A DNA stretch of 64,000 nt from Octopus sinensis (taxonomy: Eukaryota). The translations under genes were made by a program, and so were the position numbers. The notes beneath the pieces were generated by a model that saw nothing but the letters and a program-made list of their open reading frames with translations, ran no database searches and was not told where the DNA came from. Positions 50,570 through 63,140 of the stretch are shown piece after piece; within the stretch, counting starts at the first letter, position 1, and every line of letters starts with the position of its first letter. The stretch is taken from contig NW_021833256.1 in the NCBI RefSeq assembly GCF_006345805.1, positions 14,627 to 78,626 on the forward strand. The letters run 5' to 3'.

Positions 50570-51026
50570 AGGTGGCAAGCTGGCAGACTCATTAGCACAC
50601 TGGATGAAATGCTTAGCGGTATTTCGCCCATCGCTATGTTCTGAGTCCAAATTCCACCGAGGTCAACTTTGCCTTTCATCCTTTCGGGGTCGATAAATTA
50701 AGTACCAGTTATGCACTGAAGTCGACGTAATTGACTAGCCCTCTGCCCCAAAATTTCAGGCCTTGTGCCTATAGTAGAAAAGATTATTATTATTATTATT
50801 AGGGTGGTGAGCTGGCAGAACTGTTAGCATGCCGGGCAAAATGCTAAGCAGCATTCCTTCTGGCTTTACATTCTGAGTTCAAATTCTGTCAGGTCGACAT
50901 TACCTTTCATCCTTTCAGGGTCGATAAAATAAGCACCATTTGAACACTGAGGCTAATGTACTTGGCTATCCTCTTTCCTTAAAACTGCTGGCCTTCTGCC
51001 AAAATCAGAAAGACTTATCATCATTG

Positions 51027-51060
<34 letters not shown>

Positions 51061-53996
51061 GGCAAACTGGCAGAATCATTAGCTTAGTGGCATTTCTTCC
51101 GGAGTTACATTCTGACTTAAAATTCTGCCAGAGGTGATAAAATAAAGTACCAGTCAAGTACTGGGGTCAATGTAATCAGCTGGTCTCCCTCTCCCTAAAA
51201 ATTTGTTAGCCTTGCACCGAAATTTGAAAGAATTGTTATTTCCATTAGGGCAATAGGTTAGCAGAATCTCTAGCTCATTGGAGAAAATGTTCTGTGGTAT
51301 TTCTTCAAATACATTATATGTTCTGAGGTCGGTTCCCACTGGGGTCAACATTGTCTTTCATCACTCTGGAGGTTGATGAAATAAAATATCAGTCAGGTAT
51401 TACGCTGATGATATTGACTAACCCTGCCCTTGAAATTGTTGGCTTTGTGCCTAAATCACAAACCATTAAAGGGTCAGTGGACATTGGCAAAATTGTTGAG
51501 AGTGCCAAAGAAATCTTTTGCAGTATTTCTTTTGCCTCTTGACATTCTGAGTTCAAACCCCACTGAGGTTAACTTTATCTTTCATCCCTTTGGGGGGGTC
51601 AACAAAATAAAGTACCAGCCACGAACAGGAGGTGATGTAATCAATTAACTCTCCACCCCATCAAATTACTGGCCTTGTGTCTAAATACAAAATTACTGCT
51701 ACTACTACTACTATTATTATTATTATTATTAAGGTGGCAAGCTAGCAGGATCATTAGCATGCCAGGTGAAATGCTTAGTGGCATTTCATCTGTCTTCATA
51801 TTCTGAGTTCAAATTCTGCCGAGGTGAACTTTGTGCCTATAGTAGAAAGGATTATTATTATTATTATTAAGGTGGTGCGCTGGCAGAATTGTTAGCATGC
51901 CAGGTGAAATGCTTAGCGGTATTACATCTGTCTTCATGTTCTAAGTTCAAATTCCACTGAGGTTGACTTTGCCTTTCATCCTTTCGGGGGTCAATAAATT
52001 AAGTACCAGTGAAACACTGGGGTCGATGTAATTGACTAGTCCCCTTCCCCCAAAATTTCAGGCCTTGTGCCTTTAGTAGAAAGGATTATTATTATTATCA
52101 TTTCTACGAAGGCAGCGAGCTGGCCAAATCGTTTGCATGCCAGGCAAAATGTTTAGCAGCATGCCATCCGTTTTAACGCTCTGAGTTCAAATTCTGCTGA
52201 GGTCGACTTTGCCTTTCATCCTTTCTGGGTTGATGAAATAAGTAAGAGTCAACTGCTGGAGTCGATGTACTCGACTAGTCCCCTCCCCCAAATTTCAGGC
52301 CTTGTGCCTATAGCAGAAAGGATTATTATTATTATTATTATTATTATTATCATTATTATTATTATTATCATCATCATCATCATCAATTTTTTGTGAGTGG
52401 TGGATTAATTTAATCGTTAGAGCATCAGACAAAATTCCTTGTGGTATTTGTTGTGGCTCTTTATTTTCTGAGTTCAAATCTTTCCGAGGTCTATTTTACT
52501 TTTTACTCCTCTGGGATCAACAATTTATGGTGCAATGGCAGAAACAGTGCAGTGATGGACTAAGATCTCTTGCAAGTATTTAGTTTCGTTCCACCTCACA
52601 CTATGTGCATTCAAAGTTCAAAATCCCACCAGGATGGGGGGCAGGGTCAACTTTATCCTGTCATACTCGTCCTCTCCCCCCATCCTGCTCCCACCATTTA
52701 CTGGAGGGTGATAGAAGTGTCAGTGATTGAATTTATTATACATAACCTCTTCTATCACTTCCCCCCACCCCCTACCCCACCGATCCCCACCCTTAAAAAA
52801 ATTAGGCCTTTGGCCTAAGGAAGAATAAAAGCCATTGTCATTGCCAGCCAACGAGGAAACCCCTATGTGGTTTCTTGGCCTGCTAGAAATAGCAACCAAA
52901 TTTCTTCAAAACTCACACTATTTTTTTTTAATTTTTTTTTTTGTTAAATAGAGTCAGGTTGGTCTATCCTGAAACATCTTTAGTCATAAGGGTCTGCAAC
53001 ATTCAGGGTAACCGTTAGTCATAACCTCAAGGTGACCTTTAGTTATAACATCTGAGTATCCTAGGGCTGGATGGGGTTAGACAGCAATCATGATTACAAT
53101 TTTTTTCTTGTGTTCTTTTTCTAATATTTATTCTCTTCCTACCACATCACATACCTGTTTCTCTCTCTCTCCCTAAAATTATTTATTGTTGGAACCTTTT
53201 TAAATTCCACATTGATAAAATATAAACAAACTGAAGTAAACTGTGATGAAAACTAACCCCTAATCAACATCTTCTGGCTGCTCCTTTAACCCCTGAGTTC
53301 CCTATCTCTTCTGATCTATATTGTTGTTAAAGTTGTCTAGGGCGATGAATTGGTAGAATTGTTAGAGCCATTGGACAAAATGTCTTGTGGTACTTCTTCC
53401 AGATCTTCACGTTTTGAGTTCAAATCCTGCCATGATCAACCTTGCTTCTCATCCTTTCAGGGTTAAGATGAAATATATCAGTCTAGTCCTGAGGATAATG
53501 ATACCAAGTAATTCCTCATATGGGCCTTTTGCCTATATCAGAAACAATTAAGGAAGCAAACTGGCAGAATCCATTAGCACGCCAGGTAAAATGCTCGGCA
53601 GCATTTTGTCTATCTCTGTTCTGTGTTCAAATTCTGCTGAATTGGACTTTGCCTTCATCCTTTCAGGGTTGCTGAAATAAAGTACCAGTTATGCACTGAG
53701 GTTGATGTATTTGACTTACCCCACTTTCATGAAATTGCTGGCTTTTATTATTATTATTATTATTATTATCATCATTATTAAGGTGGCCAGTTGGCAGAAT
53801 CATTAGCATGCCAGATGAAATGCTTAGCGGTATTTCATCTGCTGCTATGTTCTGAGTTCAAATTCTGCTGAGGTCAGCTTTGCCTTTCATCCCTTCAGGG
53901 TCGATAAAATAAGTACCAGTTGCGTACTGGAGTTGATCTAATTGACTGGCTCCCTTCCCCCAAAAAATTTCAGGCTTTCTGCCTAAAGTAGAAAGG

Positions 53997-54036
<40 letters not shown>

Positions 54037-54620
54037 GGACAAAATGCTTAGTGGCATTTCTTCAGGCCTTTCTTTATATGTTCCAGGTTCAAATTTTACT
54101 GAGGTCAACTTTTGCATTCATTTTTTGGGGGGTTGCTAAAATAAGTACCAGTTGAACATGGGGGTCAATGTTATCCACTTGTCCCTGCCCCAGAAAACCA
54201 CTGGCTTTATTCCAAAATATGAAAGCATCATTATGAAGGTGCGACTTAACAAAATCATTAGCGCATCAGAAAAAATACCTTCTTTCCTTTTTTCCGGCTC
54301 TTTACTTTCTGGTTTCAAATTCTGCCGAGGTCAACTGTTGCCTTTCATCTTTTCAGGATTGATAAAATAAAGCACCAATCCAATTACTGAGGAAATTAGT
54401 ACTGACTAACACCGATCCCTCAAAATTGCTGACCTTTTGCCTAAATGAGGAGCCATTATAAAAAGCAGGTGAGCTGGCAGAATTGGTAGAATGTCAGGAA
54501 AAAAAAATGCCTTGCTCCGAGTTCAAATCCTGCTGAGGTCAACTTTGTTGTTCATCCTTTATGGGTTGATGAAATAAAGTAGCTGTCAAGCACTGGGTTT
54601 GGTTTCATTGGCCACCCACC
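50570..54620 (+). mobile_element. Large head-to-tail array of family B SINEs (roughly 15 copies or fragments)
   Basis: Recurrent (ATT)n-AAGGTGGC.AGCTGGCAGAA...GAGTTCAAAT...core...GGCCTTGTGCC...(ATT)n, all on the plus strand. Confidence 0.85.
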
Positions 54621-54799
54621 TCCCAACCCGTCTCAACCCCACCCTCTGACCTCCTACCCCTAACTTTCTCCTCTCTTACCCCGTTCAGCTTTCTGTTTAA
54701 TTCCATTCACTAAATGCCCCTGCCCCACTTCACTTCACCTAATGTGATATTTTACTTTTTAATTTTTCGAAGGGCCAAAAGCAACCCATTCCTCTCCAC

Positions 54800-55300
54800 A
54801 CACACACCAATATATACATCTATTCACACACATCAATATATACATCTCTGCATACATTTACACACATGACACATACATCTTTATACACATCAATATATGC
54901 GTCCATATATACACACAGACATCAACATATACATCCATTCACAATTTCAGACAACACACACACACACACAGACACATTCATACAAACACACACACACATC
55001 GGCATATACATCCATTCACAATTTCAGACACACACATCGACATATACATCCATATACACACACACACATTGACATATCCTTATAGACATCAACATATATG
55101 TCCATACACATACACGCATCAATACACACACACACATCAACATATACATCCTTATACTCATCAACATGTATGTCCATGCACAAACGCGTGCACATGCACA
55201 TCAATACATACACACACACACACACACACACATCAATACATTCATCCCTATACAAATCAACATACATCTCCATACACACGCACGCGTATCAATACACAAA
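54800..55300. repeat. Degenerate CATCAA(T/C)ATATACATC-(CA)n tandem repeat
   Basis: Unit of about 25-30 bp visible throughout. Confidence 0.7.
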
Positions 55301-55844
55301 AAACAAGAACAGCAACAACGATTTCTAATTTAGGTACAAGGCCAGCAATGTAGAAAGAAGTGGGTGCAGAGTCAATACTATCAACCCCAGTACATGACAG
55401 GCATTTAATTTTATTGAACCCCTTATGGTTGAAAGGCAAAGTCAACTGTGGTGGGGTTTGAACTCGGAGTATAATGAACCAGAGAAAATATCACAGTGCA
55501 TTTTCCCCCAGTTCTCTAACAATCCTACCAATATACCATCCTGATATCTGTTTATAATTCACTAACAACAACAACAACAACTCTACTCCTCACCCATCCA
55601 TCGGGTAAATGTGTGTTTTTGTACGATATTATTATGACACGTGTAGCTGTGTCATGGTAACAGTTCAATTTAATGAGGTGGCGGCCATTATTGGATAGGG
55701 TTGCATCATTAAAGTACAATTCTATAGGGAACAAAAAAGACACACCACCCCAAAACCCAACCTGTGAGTGTTTAGGTTTCTTTATCACACCTGTTTGGGT
55801 CTTTTAAATCTTTTGTTCTCAGAACTGCTGTTCAAAAATATACA

Positions 55845-56700
55845 TTTATGCAGAATCTGGCTACATTCCACACACACTTATCTGCCTACATTTCACACAA
55901 TTATCTGTCTACATTCCACACACAGAATAATCAATCTACATTCCTTACACTTATCTAACTACATCCCTCACACTTATCTGCCTACATCCTACACATTTAT
56001 CTGCCTACATTTCACACACTTGTCTGCCTGCATTTCACACACCTATCTATCTACATTCCTCACACAGATTAATTAATCTACATTCCATGCAACTATCTGT
56101 CTACATTTCACACACCTATCTGCCTATATTTCTCACACCTATCTGCCTACATTCCACATGCCTATCTGCCTGCATTTTACACATTTATCTACCTACATTT
56201 CACACATTTATCTGCCCACATTCCCACACAGAATAATCAATCCACATTCCACGCAACTATCTGTCTGCATCCCATATACCTATCTGCCTACATTCCACAC
56301 ACCTATCTACACCCCTCACACTTATCTGCCAACATTTCACACAGAATAATCAACCTACATCCACACACCTACTTACCTGCCTACATCCTACACATATATC
56401 TGTCTGAATTTCACACTTAACCGCCAACATTTTACACACAGCATAACCATCCTACATTTCACACACTTACCTGCCCACTTTCCACACATCTATCTGCTTA
56501 CATCCCACAGACACTTACCTGCCCACATCTTTTACACCTGTCTGACTACATTTCACACATCTCTCTGCCTGCATCCCTCACTCTTATCTGCCTCTACAAA
56601 TATCTCTCTACATCCCCCACAGCTATCCACATACATTACACACACAGCTTTCCAAATTACACACATATCTGTCTCCCTACATTTCACACATCTGTCTCTA
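55845..56700. repeat. Degenerate ~25-bp tandem repeat (CTACATTCCACACACACTTATCTGC)
   Basis: More than 25 units, with an occasional ACAGAATAATCAAT variant. Confidence 0.8.
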
Positions 56701-57199
56701 CTACCACCCATTCCTTGCAGCATTCTACACCCATCTCTCATCACCAATTACCTCATATTGTCCCTGCAGATTCTACTCAAAACATCATCATCTCACCCAT
56801 ATGCAATTCTCTAAAGCACACACATGTACATAAGCATGCATGTTAGACACACATTCATGTATACACGCATATATGAGGGGCATATACACTGTATTTACAG
56901 ACATACACAAAAAAGCCACTAAAAGACACACATATACATACATATTCATAAACATACAAACACAAACATGTATACCGACATTCACAACACACACTCATGT
57001 AGATAAACACACACACAGTCTATAGTTAGTGATGTGTGTGTCATTCTGAAGATCTCATTTAAAACAATAATAATGAAGAAAAAAAAGCGAAAAATAAATC
57101 AAGGAAGGGAGATGGTGTTATTTTATTGTTTATTATATTTGTTTTATAAATATATACATGTGTGTATGTGTGTGTTTGTATGTATATATATATATATAT

Positions 57200-57491
57200 G
57201 GAACTAGGACTTATCGTCTAAAACATTTCAGTCTAATGCGCCATGGTCTAAAGTGACTTTTGTATAAATACACTATAGTCTAAAGACATTTTTGTCTAAA
57301 CTCACTTTGGTCTAACAATTATTTTGTCTATAGAATCTCAAAAATCAAATGTAAAAGATCTAAATAACTATACTCTAATAACACTTTTTGTCTTTAGATG
57401 AAAATACTTAGATGAAAGTGTCTTTAGACGAAAATGCTTTAAGACCAAAGTGTCTTAGACTAAAGTGTTTTAGACCAAAGTGCCATATCCC
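57200..57491. mobile_element. Foldback-type MITE with ~15-16-bp subterminal repeats
   Basis: About 8 GTCTAA-containing units on the left and about 6 inverted TTAGAC/TTAGAT units on the right; GG...CC ends within an (AT) context. Confidence 0.6.
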
Positions 57492-58493
57492 ATATATGGA
57501 TCTATACATACACACACACACACATGCACACAAACACACACACACACACTTATATATATATATTCAAAGATATATCAGCCTAAGTCTGAATGTGTAGTTT
57601 CATAAAGATGAGGAGGGAAACTCATTTCTTCTTATTGGAAGTGTTGTGATATATAAATCATTTGGTTTGGGGGATGGGGGTTAGCAATCTTTCATTTGTT
57701 TCTTGGGGGATGGGGTAGTTCTGTTTTGTTTGTTTTGTTTTTTTTTCTTTTTTGTTCTTGTTTTTAAAAAATTTTTCAAATTATATCTGTATATTATTAT
57801 TATTATCATTACTATTATGATTATTTTTTAATATTATATATATTATATATAATGGATGGCTTTGCTTGTTGGTGTTGCGTTTAACTTATTTTATAATGTT
57901 GGCTGGCTACTTTTTACCTGTTGTCTGAAGTAGCTTGCATATCCTCCCGCACCCTTTCCGACAAAGAGAACGTGTGAGAAGGACAGAGATTATGATTGCG
58001 TGTCGGCATACTATCAAGTTTTTCTTATACTTATACGTGTGTTTGTGTATGTAAATGCGCGTGCTTGCATGCCTGTGCATGTGTGTGAGGAGTGCGTGAG
58101 TGTCGAATCACATCCTCTTCTGTGAAGTCAAAGTCACGGACATCTAATTGCTATTTTTCTGTTTGTTAAAATAAGCATCAAAATATTGACATCTTATAAA
58201 ACAAAATCTAAACATTTCCAAACATTTCCTACCCAACCCTAAAATAACTGACTGCATGTATGCATATATATATATATATATTATATATATATATATATAT
58301 AAAGAAATTAAATCTTTAAATCCAATCTTTTGTATGATATATGATGGGTTTTTTTAAAATTTATTCATGTATTTATTTTGTTTAAGTATATTTCCACCCA
58401 CCAATAGAAAATAATTACTTCAGCTTTGAACAGCTGCAGAAATAATCTGACCTGACCCTATTTGTACTAGGCACATGTTCACCCTAAATTAGG

Positions 58494-58532
<39 letters not shown>

Positions 58533-58948
58533 ACATCCGGGTCAATGAGCCCACCACACACACACATACACTCACACATTCATATTTTGGGCCACATCCT
58601 TAAAGCAAAAGCAGGCGTCAAAACTGCTAAGCAAACTATTCACCCACCAAACGCCCTTCAACAGTTTGCCTGCCCCTGGGCCGTGTCCCTCCTCCATCTT
58701 ATTCTACCATCACAACAAAGGCTGCTGCTCCTCTCAGCGTTAGTAACTGAACAGCTGAATCTCACTTGTTTTACCTGTTCTGTTCTCTCCTCCCTTCACT
58801 GTGTCTTATCTGTCACCACCACCACCTCTTACTAGACTTTGCACTAACCCCCTTTCCAGAACAACAGCTACCCATGTTTATCCTCCTCCTCTTCCTGCTC
58901 CTCACCCGCAAAGAAAAAAAAACTGATCTTCAGAAACTTACACTAAAC

Positions 58949-59111
58949 CAGTCATTGACAAACTGGCCAATGGGGCCACATTCAGCCTGCAGGACTTTCC
59001 AAATGGCACAACCAATTTCATGAGAAAAACATTTCTTTTAGTGGTAGGGCCCATTTGACGGTGAGTCAAGTCTCGTGTGGCCCGCTTCTTGAAAAAGGTT
59101 GCCCGTGCCAG
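58949..59111. mobile_element. hAT/Charlie-like MITE with 8-bp TSD
   Basis: CACTAAAC duplicated at 58941-48 and 59112-19; CAG... terminus with GGCC-rich subterminal repeats. Confidence 0.75.
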
Positions 59112-59346
59112 CACTAAACTGTAACCCAATCCTGTGATCCCTATACTCCATTTAATGAAACCCTTGAAAAAAACAGCTGGATTCCTGCAGTGCATACCAA
59201 GTTTCCTGAATTATAATAGAGATCTGATTTTTTTTTTTTATGGCCAATTTCATCTTTCCCTTGTGACTCCAATATTTTAGCCTTAAAAATAAAAAAAAAT
59301 TTATAATAAATGGATAAATGGTAAGGGCTTGATTGCTGTCCTTTAA

Positions 59347-59558
59347 CCCTTTGGCATTGAGATTACTCTGTCAAATGCAATTCTTATTCATTCACATTAT
59401 TTTGAATTAATCATGCATTAACTGATAGCTTTAAAATTTCAATGATGTGGTTGTATATTTTTAGAATGACATTGGAGGGTAGGTGTGAGAGGCCAGATCT
59501 GGTTTGAGTATAAAACAGAATATTTGGGCCAGATATAGTTGGTTTGAATGCTAAAGAG
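59347..59558. mobile_element. piggyBac-like MITE (TTAA TSD)
   Basis: TTAA|CCCTTTGGCATT ... AATGCTAAAGAG|TTAA. Confidence 0.75.
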
Positions 59559-59863
59559 TTAAAGAAATACACATGATATAGTTGAACATCTAGAGGGTGT
59601 TGCTGTATGTTCAATAGTCCATTTGGTTCTTCAAACATGAGGTAAAGACATTTTGTAAGGACACCAATTCAAGTTGTTCCCTTTTGATTTCAACATTTTG
59701 AGTACAGAAAACATAAAAACAAATCATGCGACTGACCTTAGTCCCATAAGGAGATAAACAGAATAAAATTTAAACAACTAAAGGGTACTTCTTTGAAAAA
59801 AGTGGATACACGCCTTGATCATACACTTATTAGAAAATTCATGATACATTTAAACATATAGAG

Positions 59864-60100
59864 CAAACATGGTTCTCAGCCAGGGTCCGTATGGCCCTTT
59901 GGGGACCGTAAAAGATTTTGTTAAAATTTATTTTCAATAAATTGGTTATGCTTCTACAATTCACAAAATATTTTAGAAATTTTTTTTTTTCATACAATTC
60001 CTAAAAATATTTAATTATAAAAATATATGATTTTTTAAACGTTGAATAGCTAGAAGGATCCATCTCGGTAAAATAGGAACTAAATGGTTGAGAAACCCTG
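59864..60100. mobile_element. hAT-like MITE with 8-bp TSD
   Basis: ATATAGAG duplicated at 59856-63 and 60101-08; ends ...GGTTCTCAGCC / GGTTGAGAAACCCTG. Confidence 0.7.
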
Positions 60101-60329
60101 ATATAGAGGGCATTACTAAAAAACTAGGGGTAGAGGCCTGACCACACACACACACACCTATAAGAATACATGCAATGCATTTAAATATCTAAGAGGGTAT
60201 TTCTGAAAAACAGGGCTACAAACCTGAAAACAACCCTATAAGGAAATACTCAATACATTTAAACATCTAGTGGTTACTTCTGTAAGATCTATACTAGATT
60301 GGGATGTGGGGGGCACAAATTCAATATTG

Positions 60330-60483
60330 CATGAAATTAGGGTATCTAAGGAAAATTGGTCGGTTTTACCTGTCATCCTTCCAGGGTTGATAGATATAAA
60401 GTACCAATCAAGTATGAGGGATCAATGTAATCGATTTGCAATTTCCTGTTAAAATTGTTGACCTCGTACCAAAATTTGAAGCC

Positions 60484-60518
<35 letters not shown>

Positions 60519-61370
60519 TCTAGTATGATGATTATTATTATTATTATCAAGGCAGCAAGCTGGCAGAACCGTTAGCACATTGGACAAAATGTTTAGCAGT
60601 ATTTTGCCCATATCGCTACATTCTGAGTTCAAATTCTGCCACGGTCGACTTTGCCTTTCATCCTTTTGAGGTCAATAAATTAAGTACCAGTTGCATACTG
60701 GGATCAATCTAATTGACCGGCCCCCTCCCCCAAAATTTCAGGCCTTCTGCCTATAGTAGAAAGGATTATTATTATCATTATTATCAAGGCGGCAAGCTGG
60801 CAGAATCGTTAGCACACGAGGCAAAATGCTTAGCAGTATTACGTCTACCGCTACATTCTGAGATCAAATTCCGCTGAGGTTGACTTTGCCTTTCATCCTT
60901 TCAGGGTTGATAAATTAAGCACCATGAAACACTGGGGTCGATGTTATTGACTAGTCCCCTCCCCACAAATTTGAGGCCTTATGCCTATAGTAGAAAGTAT
61001 TATTATTATTAAGGCGGCGAGCTGGCAGAAACGTTAGCATGCCGGGTGAGATGCATAGCTGTATTTCGTCTGCCATTACGTTCTGAGTTCAAATTCCGCC
61101 AAGGTTGACTTTGCCTTTTATCCTTTTGGGGTCAATGAATTAAGTACCAGTTATGCACTGGGGTTGATGTAATCGACTTAATCCGTTTGTCTGTCCTTGT
61201 TTGTCCCCCTCTGTGTTTAGCCCCTTGTGGGTAGTAAAGAAATAGGTGAGCTGGTAGAACCATTAGCACACTGGATGAAATGCTTAGCAGTATTTTGTCT
61301 GCCCCTATATTCTGAGTTCAAATTCTGCCGTGGTCAACTTTGCCTTTCATCCTTTTGGGGTCAATAAATT
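60330..61370 (+). mobile_element. Head-to-tail array of family B SINEs
   Basis: About 5 copies, same pattern. Confidence 0.85.
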
Positions 61371-62060
61371 ATTCTCTTTTCTTTTTCTGTTTGTAGTATG
61401 TAATGTCAAAATAGGACTTCTTCTCTCCCTCTTTTTGTAGACTTAGAAAAGGAAGGTCATGCTGCTATAATGACTCCTGTTGAAATTTCTATAAAAAAAT
61501 AACTTTCTCTCTCTCCTTTCATTCATTTCTCTTGGGGAATGTAAAACTAAGTTGGTAGAATAAATACCAGTTATACACTGAGATGGATCCAATAGACTGT
61601 ATCCTGTCACATCTACACATGCTGTTGCTGTACAAATTAAAATCAGGAAAAAAAAAAGTTCCTTTTACAGGGATTATCAATAGTTCAATGGGGACTCAAC
61701 TGAGTTGGAAAATGATAGATGATACTGGAAGAAATCTGAAGGCACAGTCCTCAGTAACATGAAAATATTGCTAAAAATAATAATAATATGTTAATAAAGG
61801 GTTAATGGTTCAATCCTTCTTAGATTTGCTTTTGTATCTCTGAGAATTAAAAGAGATATTTGGAAGGAGAGTAGCAGAGAGGATAGTTGACATTACAGTT
61901 TGGTCAGAAGTAGTGGGGTTGCATACAGACACAATACAGTAGTGAATTAAAAATGCCCTTTAACACTATTCAAATCATGGGTTTAAGGGCTTAAGGGCTG
62001 ACTTTGAATTGCATCACTCTGGAGTTGATTAAGCAAATAGGGGTTCACTGACTATATATA

Positions 62061-62271
62061 TATAAAGTTATAAATAACGAGAGAAATGCACTATGAGAAA
62101 ATTTATTTAACCATTGGAAATTCTTATTTAAAAACAATTTATTTCACAGCTTAATAAAACATGTATATACATGTTTTATTAAGCTACGAAACAATTGTTT
62201 TTAAATAACAATTTCCAATGATTAAATAAATTTTATCATAGTGTATTTCTCTTGTTATTTATAACTTTATA
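62061..62271. repeat. ~210-bp imperfect palindrome
   Basis: Centre AAAACATGTATATACATGTTTT near 62165; outer arms TATAAAGTTATAAATAAC / GTTATTTATAACTTTATA. Confidence 0.85.
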
Positions 62272-62388
62272 GACTCCTAGTGTTTTTCTTTTGTATCATG
62301 CTACATGTGTTTTGTAGAATGATACATTAAGGAGTTTTTTATATGAGTACCACTGGATTAGTTGAATCCATATATTGTGACTTAAATT

Positions 62389-62430
<42 letters not shown>

Positions 62431-62809
62431 CATACACACACACACATACACAAATACCTCTTTGCTTATATACAAATATTTACCTTTGAAGAAATCAATA
62501 CTTAAAACACCAACCAGTTGCATGTATACACATCTGGCCGGTGTACTTTTAAGTATGCAGTATTTCCTCCCTGCCGGTTGATAGCTTTTATAACTACCAG
62601 CTTTTGCTCCCATCAATATGGTGCAACATAAAATTTATGGTTATACATCAGCGCTAGGTTTAGCTAGACCTGGTGAAGCCCTAATGTACATGAATGCTCG
62701 GAAGTCTCCATGGACAAGACACTTTGTTTCCAATGGCCGAGTTCACCTAGCTGGTGTAGTTTTGTGCAGTGTAGCATGGTTGGTTTAGTAGTTTGTTGCT
62801 GGGAGTGAA

Positions 62810-63140
62810 GGTGAATGGCTAAGTGGTTCGGTGTGTTCAGTTCACAACTGTAAGGTCAGTTCAATTCCTGGTTAATTTGATTCCTGATGGTGCATTGTAT
62901 ATTTTAGTAAGACACCTTATTTCACATTGCTCCAGTTCACTCAGCTGCCAAAAACGAGCAGTACCTGTATTTCAAAGGCCCAGCCCTGTCGCATTCTGTG
63001 TCACGCTGAATCTCCCTGAGAACTACATTAAGGGTATCTGTGTCTGTGTAGAGTGCTCAGACTCTTGCACGTTAATTTAACAAGCTGGCTGTTCCATTGA
63101 TTGGATCAACTGGGACCTGCATCACATTGTAACTGATGGA
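62810..63140 (+). mobile_element. tRNA-derived SINE (shares TTGCTCCAGT.CACTCAGCTG core with 1456-1655)
   Basis: A/B-box-like head; its 3' part recurs at ~24480-24585. Confidence 0.55.

Noticed and set aside
55640-55720. X-box-like GTGTCATGGTAAC and TAAT motifs as an enhancer
   Set aside because: Single imperfect short motifs with no conservation data.
62550-62790. Unique stretch with open frames (plus: MVQHKIYGYTSALGLARPGEALMYMNARK...; minus: CLVHGDFRAF)
   Set aside because: No recognisable domain, no convincing acceptor/donor pair, and stops nearby; it cannot be supported as an exon without transcript data.
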